Assembly: GCA_003154195.1 (NCBI GenBank)
Contig: PMCS01000025.1
Span: forward strand, 16,662 to 80,661
Reading direction: 5' to 3'
Length of the DNA stretch: 64,000 bases
Source: Candidatus Omnitrophota bacterium
GTDB taxonomy: Bacteria > Omnitrophota > Gorgyraeia > Duberdicusellales > 4484-171
Of the stretch, positions 1 to 9,600 are shown piece after piece. A program made the translations under genes and the position numbers. Each line of letters opens with the position of its first letter. Positions within the stretch are counted from its first letter, which is position 1. The notes below the pieces were generated by a model, which searched no databases, was not told the DNA's origin, and saw only the letters and a list, made by a program, of their open reading frames with translations.

Positions 1-18
1 TTCAGACAACCGCGTTTT

Positions 19-2742
19 TTACCGATTGCGGCCTAATAACTTCAACCCCTCAAACCACCCCAGGCTGGCAATACCGGCGAAAAACGCGATTGCCAGCTCA
101 CCTAAGGAAAGCGGCGCGAAATGAAAAAGACCCCGTAGAAACGGCACATAAATAACCGCCAGCAGCGCGGCCAAGGTACCGGAACAAACCCACCAAAGCG
201 CTAAATTTCGGGAACGTAAAATGTGCCCCAGACTCTGCTTCCATGAAAGATTAGTAATGATCAACAAGATATTAGCAAAGGTTAACGCGGCGAAGCTAAG
301 CGTACGCGCCTCGATTTCGCCCATCCCCCGGCGCAATGCCAGCAAAAATACGATAAAAACTACCGCCAATACGCTTAACCCCTGAAGCAAGCTGAAAATA
401 AGAGTTTTGCGGCTGAACAACGGCTCACTTAAATTGCGCGGCGGCCGATTCATAATATCTTTTTCTTCCGGGACCGATTCAAAAACTGTGGAACACGCCG
501 GGTCAATAATCAACTCTAAAAAAGCAATATGCGCCGGTAACAGCACCAGGGGAAGATTAAATACCACCGGCAAAAACGACATTCCGGCGATAGGGATATG
601 CACGGAAAAAATATAGGCGATGGCTTTTTTTAAATTATCGAAGATGCGCCGGCCCAAACGTATCGCCTGGACAATCGAAGAGAAATCGTCGTTAAGCAAA
701 ACAATCGCCGAAGCTTCGCGTGCCACATCGGTGCCGCGCTCACCCATCGCTACTCCGATATGCGCCGCCTTCAAGGCCGGGGCATCGTTAACGCCGTCGC
801 CGGTCATCGCCACGACTTCGCCGTTGGCCTTAAGCGCGTTGACAATCGCCAACTTCTGCTCCGGCACCACCCGGGCAAAAATATTCGCCTCTTTGATTCT
901 TTCCCGCAAAGCGAGAAAATCCAACGCTTCCATTTCCGGGCCGGTAATATATTTTTCCGGATTACGTAAACCTATCTGCCTTGCTATATGCTGAGCCGTT
1001 CCGGGATAATCACCGGTAATCATAATCACGCGCACACCCGCGTTATAAGCCTCCTGTACCGAATTAGGAACAATCTTGCGTACCGGATCGACCATCCCGA
1101 TAAAACCAATAAATTCAAAATCGAAATCGTGCTGGTTTTTAGGAAGCTCGCCCTTAGCAAAGATTGCCTTAGCTACGCCCAAAACGCGCAACCCTTTATC
1201 CGCCATTAACGTGATTTTATCTCCCAGGGCAACCCTGGCCGCCGCGTCGATGTGGCATAAATCGATAATCGATTCCGGCGCGCCCTTCGCGGCGATGATG
1301 TAATTCTGCTTATCCGGCGATTCCCAGACATGGGAAAGCGCCAACAACTGTTTGGACAAAACATACTCGTGTACAAGTTGCCAGTTATTATGGATATGTT
1401 CCGTGCCCCTGAGGTATGTTTCGCCTACACGATGGATTTCTTTTTCGATGGGATCAAAAGGGTCGCGCTGGCTGGCAAGGATGCTGTATTCCACGATATT
1501 ATGAAATTCTTCCGGTAAATCATCCTGGTGAGTATCTAATTCCCAATACCGGCCGCGGGTAAACCCCGTTAGAGAACTATGTTCTTTTACCTCGTTATAA
1601 AATTCTTTTCTAACAGGGCGCGACGGCGGCATATCCGCCGAAGACGGAAGAACCCCAGGCTGAAAACCATCATCTTTGTCGGCAACTTTCTCTAACGGGG
1701 TAAACAACCCGGACAACTTCATGGAATTCAAGGTGAGAGTGCCGGTTTTATCGGTGCACAATACCGTCGCCGCGCCTAAAGTTTCTACCACGGCGGCGCG
1801 GCGAGTCAATACGCGATGGCGGGACATCCGCCACGCGCCCAGGGTAAGAAAAATAATCAAAACTACGGGAAACTCTTCCGGCAGCATTGCCATACTCAAA
1901 GTCAGCCCCGAAAGTACACCTTGTATCCAATTACCGCGCGTCAATCCGTAGATAACAACAATCAATAAACACAGGATCGCCCCGGCAATACTGAAATTAC
2001 GCACAATACGGCCGGTTTCTTTCTGCAGCAGTGTCCGCTCTTCGGTAATTTTCCCCAGCGTTTTACCGATTTTTCCCATCTCAGTCGCCGCGCCGATTGA
2101 AATGACTTTCGCCGCGCCACGGCCCTGCACGACAAGGGTGCCGGAAAAAACAAACGGCAGGTCATCGCCACCCGGCCGCTTCACCGCCTCCTTGCCGTCC
2201 CATACCGACTTGCGTACCGCTGCCGATTCACCGGTCAACAGCGATTCATCTACCGAAAGATTGGAACAAAATAATACCACCGCGTCAGCGGGAACGCGGT
2301 CTCCTTCTTTAAGGATAATAATATCTTCCCTGACTACTTCCCGGCCCGAAATACGCTTCTGTTCTCCGTCGCGTATCACCAGCGCCCGGGGACTGGATAA
2401 GTTCTTTAAAGCCTGCAAGGCACGCTCGGTTTTATTTTCCTGATAAAAAGTAATACCCACCACTACCACGACAAACGACAGCAGCATCGCCGCGTCGCTT
2501 ACTTCGCCCAGGAAAAAATAAATCGCGCCGCTGCCCAGCAAAAGAAGCAGCATCGGTTCGCTTAAAACATGCCCTAAAATAGCGAATACATTACGCTTCT
2601 TTTGCGATGGTAATTCGTTATAGCCTTCCGTCTCAAAACGACGGGAAACCACTTCTTCCGAAAGCCCCGATATGTTCTTAACGTCAAATTCAACGTTCAT
2701 GCTATCCCTACGGTATTGTTGGTTATCTTCCCTGAACGTCAA
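19..2742 (-). CDS. P-type cation-transporting ATPase (type IIA-like, Ca2+/Mg2+)
   Basis: 907 aa. Carries the DKTGTLT phosphorylation motif, MITGD and TGDGVNDAPAL hinge motifs, and about 10 TM segments. Confidence 0.9.
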   Translation of the reverse strand: MTFREDNQQYRRDSMNVEFDVKNISGLSEEVVSRRFETEGYNELPSQKKRNVFAILGHVLSEPMLLLLLGSGAIYFFLGEVSDAAMLLSFVVVVVGITFYQENKTERALQALKNLSSPRALVIRDGEQKRISGREVVREDIIILKEGDRVPADAVVLFCSNLSVDESLLTGESAAVRKSVWDGKEAVKRPGGDDLPFVFSGTLVVQGRGAAKVISIGAATEMGKIGKTLGKITEERTLLQKETGRIVRNFSIAGAILCLLIVVIYGLTRGNWIQGVLSGLTLSMAMLPEEFPVVLIIFLTLGAWRMSRHRVLTRRAAVVETLGAATVLCTDKTGTLTLNSMKLSGLFTPLEKVADKDDGFQPGVLPSSADMPPSRPVRKEFYNEVKEHSSLTGFTRGRYWELDTHQDDLPEEFHNIVEYSILASQRDPFDPIEKEIHRVGETYLRGTEHIHNNWQLVHEYVLSKQLLALSHVWESPDKQNYIIAAKGAPESIIDLCHIDAAARVALGDKITLMADKGLRVLGVAKAIFAKGELPKNQHDFDFEFIGFIGMVDPVRKIVPNSVQEAYNAGVRVIMITGDYPGTAQHIARQIGLRNPEKYITGPEMEALDFLALRERIKEANIFARVVPEQKLAIVNALKANGEVVAMTGDGVNDAPALKAAHIGVAMGERGTDVAREASAIVLLNDDFSSIVQAIRLGRRIFDNLKKAIAYIFSVHIPIAGMSFLPVVFNLPLVLLPAHIAFLELIIDPACSTVFESVPEEKDIMNRPPRNLSEPLFSRKTLIFSLLQGLSVLAVVFIVFLLALRRGMGEIEARTLSFAALTFANILLIITNLSWKQSLGHILRSRNLALWWVCSGTLAALLAVIYVPFLRGLFHFAPLSLGELAIAFFAGIASLGWFEGLKLLGRNR

Positions 2743-3469
2743 GAATCTTTGTGCGTTTTTTTAAAAACAGTAAAATAAAATATATCGTCAGCGAAACACT
2801 AAAAAAAATAACCCAGGCGGCATCGAGCACGATCTTTCTTACGGTGATAAAATCCGCCGCCGCGTCAAGGAAGAAAAAAAACGCGACGATGGCGATAAAG
2901 GTCGAAAATTCCCGGCGCAAAACTGTTTTTCCGGAGAACGGCAGATCCGGTTTCTGCCAATTCCCGAAACGGGGGAAAAAAATCGGCGTGCCCTGCGCCC
3001 AATTCAAAAAAACATCGCCGAATTTCGCGCGCAGGAATTCCTCCTCGACAAAAATTATTCTTTCGTAATACAAAAGAAAGCCCGCCGTGCTGACAAGGAC
3101 AAACCACCAAACTTGAACGAAGAAAAATATTCCCAGCATGATCACAAAATTTCCCAGGTATAAAGGGTTACGGACAATCGAATACATGCCTTTGGTATTA
3201 AGCGTTTCCGCCACCTGGTCTTTCGTATTCCTGCCGGAAGTACCCCGCGGCGCGTATCCGGCGACAAAACACCGGATTGCAAGGCCGGCGAAAGACACCG
3301 CGACACAAAATATTTCCCACGCGTTATCTACGGCGTCGCCAAATGTGCGCTTCAGATATTCCGAATCTCTTAACGCGATCGCGAAAACAGGCAGGGCCAG
3401 CAACGGGAGATAACTCCTCCAGCGAAAAAGGAACTCACCCTGTTTGCTCATTTCTTCCCGTAAAGCCAT
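2723..3469 (-). CDS. Isoprenylcysteine carboxyl methyltransferase / phospholipid methyltransferase family membrane protein
   Basis: 248 aa polytopic membrane protein. GMYSIVRNPLYLGNF matches the ICMT/PEMT signature GxYxxxRHPxYxG with H replaced by N. Confidence 0.55.
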   Translation of the reverse strand: MALREEMSKQGEFLFRWRSYLPLLALPVFAIALRDSEYLKRTFGDAVDNAWEIFCVAVSFAGLAIRCFVAGYAPRGTSGRNTKDQVAETLNTKGMYSIVRNPLYLGNFVIMLGIFFFVQVWWFVLVSTAGFLLYYERIIFVEEEFLRAKFGDVFLNWAQGTPIFFPRFGNWQKPDLPFSGKTVLRREFSTFIAIVAFFFFLDAAADFITVRKIVLDAAWVIFFSVSLTIYFILLFLKKRTKILDVQGR

Positions 3470-3675
3470 TGACGCACCTCCTTAAAAATCCAGAAAATTA
3501 TTTTCCTTAGATGAATACGAAAGGTATCCCGTGAGAAAAATAAAAGACTTTGTGGTGGAAACAAAAAAATCAATAAAATCTATTTTAACCCAAAAAACGC
3601 GATTTCCAAGAGCATTTTATAAAAAATTCCTCACCGGCATTTTTTGAATTGAAGAGGATAATTATGGCAAGACGA

Positions 3676-6600
3676 TTACGGCAGTTTGCTGTATTGTTTA
3701 AGCGGCGGCTCTTGACCGGAAATGCCTAAGGCGGTTTTAAGATCTTTTACTTCCTCCATCCCCATGATTTCTACCCGAAATCCGCCGAAGTTGTTGAAAT
3801 CAATAGATGGTAGATGATAGATAGCAGACGGTAGATTGGAAACCCCTGAAGACGCATTGATATTTTTAGTTTTTATCTGCTTATCTGACATCTGACTATC
3901 CACAGTTTTCACTTCCAGATTCAGCTTATCCGCTTTTAAATCGATACCGCCAGAGGGGCTATTCGTCGGACTTAAAGCAGAAGACGACGCTACACCATTT
4001 CGCACGGCGACCTTCGATGCTTCAAGATTTTTTTTAACTTTTTCTCTGCCCCAACTCAAATAGTTCATAACCGAACTTTTGGTAAGCTGCAAAATTTTAC
4101 CTATCTCTTTACACTTAAACCCATAAATATAATAAAGAACAAGGGACTCGCGCTCCTTGTCGGGTAATCCGCTCAGGCATCCTTCCAACTGTTCCCTTTG
4201 TATGATATTATGCTCTGTCCCCGGCGCTCGATCGATAACTTGGCGGGCAACGCCGGTCATCTGTTCGTCATCCAACGACAATACTCTATTATTGCGTTTT
4301 TTCCGCGTCCGCATTTCATCGATGCACGTGTAAATCGCTATCCTGCGCAGATACGGAAGGAATCTTCCCTTATCCTGATATGACCCTGAGCGCAGCAATT
4401 TAACTAATTTAGCAAAAATCTCTTGCACTGCGTCACTAGCTGCGTCGCTATCACCATTAAGTTGCTTAACACAGATGTTAAAAATAGCTTGCCAGTAAAG
4501 AGCATACAACTTATTAAAACACTTATCATCCCCGCTCAAAAACCCGGCAATAAGCTGCCCGGCAATCGCTTCTTGAGCATCGAAGCGCCTATACCTATCC
4601 GCCCGGCTTAACGGGCTGGATGTTTTCGGCTCAGCGCCGCCAACCGGAGCTTTGCCGCCTGATTTTTCTTTACTCCCATCTCCTTTCCCGCGTATTGCTT
4701 CTAAACCCGCCTCTGCCCGGTAATGGTCGATGTTTTCGAAAGCTTCGATTGCGGCGGCGCGGACCTGCGGGTGTTCATCATTAAGCGCGTCGCCGATTAC
4801 CCTGTTCACCTCATCAGCAACCGGCGATCGTAAATCATCTGGTTTTACTTTACCCAACGCTTCGATAACGGCAATGCGGACAACCGGGGCAGTGCCGTTG
4901 TCGTAAAATGCTTTTGCCAGGGACGGCAATGCTCTGGGATCGCGCTCTTCGCCGACACGCCACGCGGCAAGGGCGCGCTCTTGAGGGTCTCCCTCATTAT
5001 CCACAAACATCCTGCCGAGGAGTGAATCAAAAGAACCCGGTAATCCTGCGACAAGCTCTTCAAGGGATTGCCGCTTTTCGCCGGCACGACTGGGCTCCCT
5101 GCTTTGTCTTACCTGTTTTTCATCCCCTTCTCCCCTGCCGCCCCTTTTCTCCTTTTCCGAAATACTTTTCATTTCTTCTAATAATTGGCTTACCCGCCCA
5201 GGGCCTTCACTTGTATTTTCCAGTATATCCTTACTTGTTAATAGTCTTGCCCATAGCAAAAGTAAAGAATCAAGAACTTCCGGGCTATGTTCCCCGTCGC
5301 TGGTAAGCGTTACCGTAACCTCATGCTTAAATTCTACAACCAACGAAAGCAATAACCTAATATCTGTAGGTTGGTCACCCACAAGAGTAACGCTTACCCC
5401 ATTATTATTATTATTGGTAATGTGTACCGCAATATCGGAAAATGATTCTTTCATTTGGGAAGAAAATCTAGCCGCCACCGTCGAGGGCCACCCATGAATC
5501 CCCCTCGAATTCATCACCTTAATATCCAGCCAAGCTTCAACCGGGCTGGCGGCCAGCTTTACTCCTTCATACCATTTATCAACATTCGCCTGGCGCCGCG
5601 CTTTTTCTTTATCCCGGTCGATCCTGACGATGGGATAAATCCCTTCTTCTGTGCCATCAGGCCATTTTGCGATAAAGGCATTCTGGTTACCCGCGGGTAA
5701 AACTCCCTGGTAGCCGATGCCCTGCACCGGCTCATCCAGCTTGATATCACGAATATCCGTCCAGGTTCCATCGGGATGGATGACCCCGGCATGAATTTGA
5801 GCCGGCGCCTGCGCCTGAATCGTTACCGCCTCATTTTTAGGGGCCGCAAAATATATGCGAGCGGATTTATCGCTCCAAACCGGTTCCCGGGCCAACGAAG
5901 CCTCAATCGACGACCGGGCGGTCTTCTGGTACAACTTGGGAAAAAGCAAACTTAACGCGCGCAGGTTCTCAAAAATGCTCCAGGCTTGTTTATAGGCGCC
6001 GGTCTTATTGTATTCGGTTTCTAAATTATTATCTCCGCTGAATATCTCGGCAATGCCGTGAAGGTCCCTCAGCTGTTTGGCCAAACCGGAAAAATAACCT
6101 TTTTCCGCCAATAACCGAATTGTTTTTTCCCGGCCGTAAACGCGGATACAAGCCTGTATGCCGATGCCGCTTAAATGCGTCCAGACCAAACCCTGGTGAT
6201 AGGCCTCCTCCTTGTTACCGTCAGTCCGCAGAGGCTTGTATGCCGGATCATCGCGAGAAAGCGTCCGGAACCCATATACGGTAAAAAGTTCATCCATCAT
6301 TTTATCCATTATCCGTTTTGCCTGCTCGCCCTCAACCAATCCCAGAGCAACCGCCCACATCTGGTTGGGCCGAATCATCTCCGCTTCCTTGCTATCGCCG
6401 TCGATCGTATCGTAAAGGCATCCTTTTTTTTCATTCCAGTACTTGCCGAAACTTTCCTCAGCCAGTCTGGCTCGAGCCTCATAATTTTCGCGCTTTGAAC
6501 TATCGCCGGTTCTCCCGTAAATATCCGCCATCAATGACAACGCGTTCTTCCATAAAGCGTTCACCTCACCCGGTTTACCGTAACGCGGAGTGAAAATATG

Positions 6601-9600
6601 GCCGAAACCTTCTACCATCCCATCCATCCAGGTTAAATTGGTATTCTGATTTCCGCCCTTAAGCAATCCATCGGAGTCGACGGTGATATCGATATTCCTC
6701 TCTCCTTTATCGCTGTATACCAAATGGATTCCTTCTCGATGAGCGCGCATGATATCTTCTAATATTTCCAAGATTGTAGCTTTTTTTCTATCGCCGCTAA
6801 TGCCGAAAGCAAGGCTGATCGGCGTTTGTAAAAAAGCGTAGTCGCCGGTCGCCTTTAAATATTCGCCGATTGCCCAGAACATCAACATCGTCGAGTCAAT
6901 AGAACCGGGATTGACGTTTGTTCCGTCGCCGATAAAATTCGGCAATAATCCCTGTTTAACAAATCTTATGTAAGTGCACATAATATTTTTAAACGCCTCG
7001 ACATGCCCTGTAGCGAGCAACCCCGGTAAGCTGAGCATCGTATCCCGCGACCAATTACGCAAATAAGATGTGGGGCCAAAGCTGGGAAAACCGGCAACGA
7101 TTGACCAGCCGATAGCAGGATCATAGCGGTTACTGCCATCCGACAGACGGCTGACACTGAGGGTAGGGTCAAAATAAACCATATTTTCGCCGGCTTCCAT
7201 GAGCCCGGCAAAAACATTCTGCACCCGGCGGACAAACGGCAACGCGCTGTCAAACTCATTCATCCGCTCATAGGGCGGCAATACTTCGATACGGTAATCC
7301 CGGGGCTTGTGGCCATATCGCGCCTGCTCATCATGATCCCACTGCCCGGAACCAAGCCACTTAAAAGTCATCCAGTATTCACTGCCGGTTTCAAGGCCAG
7401 GCACGGCAGCGACGTATTCACCGCTCTGCGCATTGAACCGCGCTTCAATATCCCGCGCCGGTTCGCCGTGTTTTCGAATACGCAGCATAAAAGAATTTTT
7501 ATTTCTTACGACTAAAGTTTTTCCCGAAGGCATGACAAACGTATCGGTTTTATTCTTATCGGAAAATTCCCATACCGCTTCATCGGCGCCAATATTAACC
7601 GGTCCAGAGACGCTTACTTTCTTCCTTCCTCCTTCCTTCTTCACCCCTCGGTCCCCCCCGCCCTTTGACTTGGCCACCGGGCTCGACGAACTGACGCTAT
7701 AATCCGCCGCCGGATCAAGATAAAACGCGTGAACCTGAGCTGGTTCGAGGCTGAAATACAAACCTACATAATCACCGTCAACCTTTACCGTGTCGGTCCC
7801 CGGCGTAAATGTATACCTCGGGCAATCCTTCTGATCAACCGCCCGGCTCAAATCAACCAAGTCAAAAGGTTTCGTTATATCGATATTAAAATGTTTATGA
7901 TTGATCCAAAAATGACCTTGCGCCGGGTAACCGGAAAAATTTTCGACAAAGACCATCGCGCGCTTTCCATCGGGAGAATACCGCTCAACCTGTAACGCCA
8001 CCCCCCTGCCGTGTTCGCCAAGAACTTTTATGTCGGAATTCCTGGGGTTTAACATAAAAGGGAACCTCATGCGCAAATTATTGATTATCGCTAATTCCGG
8101 GACGAGGTCAACGCCGGTATCGCGCGGCGCGTACGCCCAGAGTACTTCTTCACCAGGCGCACGATTAAAATCACGGCCGTCGCCCTGTTCCCAGCCCGGC
8201 CCCGGGCTGTATGCCGCGGAAGTCGTCCCGGCAAACCACATCCCAATCCGGCAGGCAACCGCCGGCGGAACACGATAATCCAATAAGCCGAGGATTTTCG
8301 CCGCATTGCGCCAATCGTGACTGGCCATCATCATCAGATAACGGTCCTGGTCGTTGCGCCGGCCGGTCCCATCCGGCGGCCATTGATGATTGTCTAAAGC
8401 TCGGGGACCGCCTTCGCCGTCGATTAAAATATGCCGGCTTGCAATCGTGCCATCACCGCCCTCCCCCCACTTAGCCCCCCAGTTGGTGATAATCGGCATC
8501 CAGCCCCGCTGCAGCGCGTCGCGATAAAGCTTATGTATCTCCGGCGAACCTAAAAGTTCCGGCATCATCAGCCAATCGTGCTTTTTAAATTCACCGGTAA
8601 GACTATCCCAGTACCCGGGCTTATCCCTGACCTGCCAGAGCGCGTCGCCCCTCATACCGCTAAAACCAAAATATTCCAGATATGCTACGATTTCCCTTCT
8701 CACGTAATCATAATCGGAGTATATCGCTAAAGGATCCCATTTTTTGTCGCCTACCCCGGGATTTGCCCTGCCGTTATCGACCAGTACTCCGGGGTTATGG
8801 ACCGAATCCACGCCCACAATCGAAGGGGCAACCGGATAATCGATCAGCGCCCGGACATTGTGCGCCCGGGCATCATCGACTAAATCCCTGATAAATTTAT
8901 GGAGCCAGTATTGCTCAAATAAAACAAGGTTCATTAATTTCTTATAAATCGGCAGGGCGCGGATCTGTTCGTTTGAACTCTGTAATAAATCAGAAACACG
9001 GTATTGGGGAAATCTTTTTAGAATAAATTTAAGATACCCCGGCCAGCCGTCGCGCAAAATCCTTAAAACCAGCGCGTCAGCCCCTTTATTAACCCGGCCG
9101 TCAGCCAGCGTCCGCATCGGCTTTATAAAATTTTTAGCCAGCCTATCGCGATCCGTTCTTTCCCAATACTCATATTTGGCGACTAAATCATCACCCTCGC
9201 CTTCCACTTCAGCGATATCGTGATAACCGCGATTGATGATCCAGGGACTGATCGACGCGTAAGCCGAATCATCGACAATAAATTCAAAATCACCGAAACT
9301 TCCTGTAGTCTTGTATTGCGCAATCGCCACGTCGACATCACCGGCGTACTTAGCGACATTGGCTTGAGATTTACGCTTATCCCAGTGGGCGGACATGGAA
9401 ACCGGAGATAAAAGTATCGCCGTGGCTTTCGCCTCTGCCGCCGCTTTCACCAAAGCTCGACGGTTGACATGGCCTTCCCAGTTAGCCGCTTTGGGATCAG
9501 CATAACGCGACGGCCACATCTGCAAAATCGAACCAGAAGTAGGGTTCCCGGCCGAATCAAGAAGAAACCAATCCGGAACAGGAAAATCTTTGATAATATC

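Noticed and set aside
3900-4620. The sigma-70 domain as a separate overlapping gene
   Set aside because: No in-frame stop separates it from the upstream 2600 codons. No ATG, GTG or TTG with an RBS precedes region 2. It is treated as a true fusion and flagged for verification.
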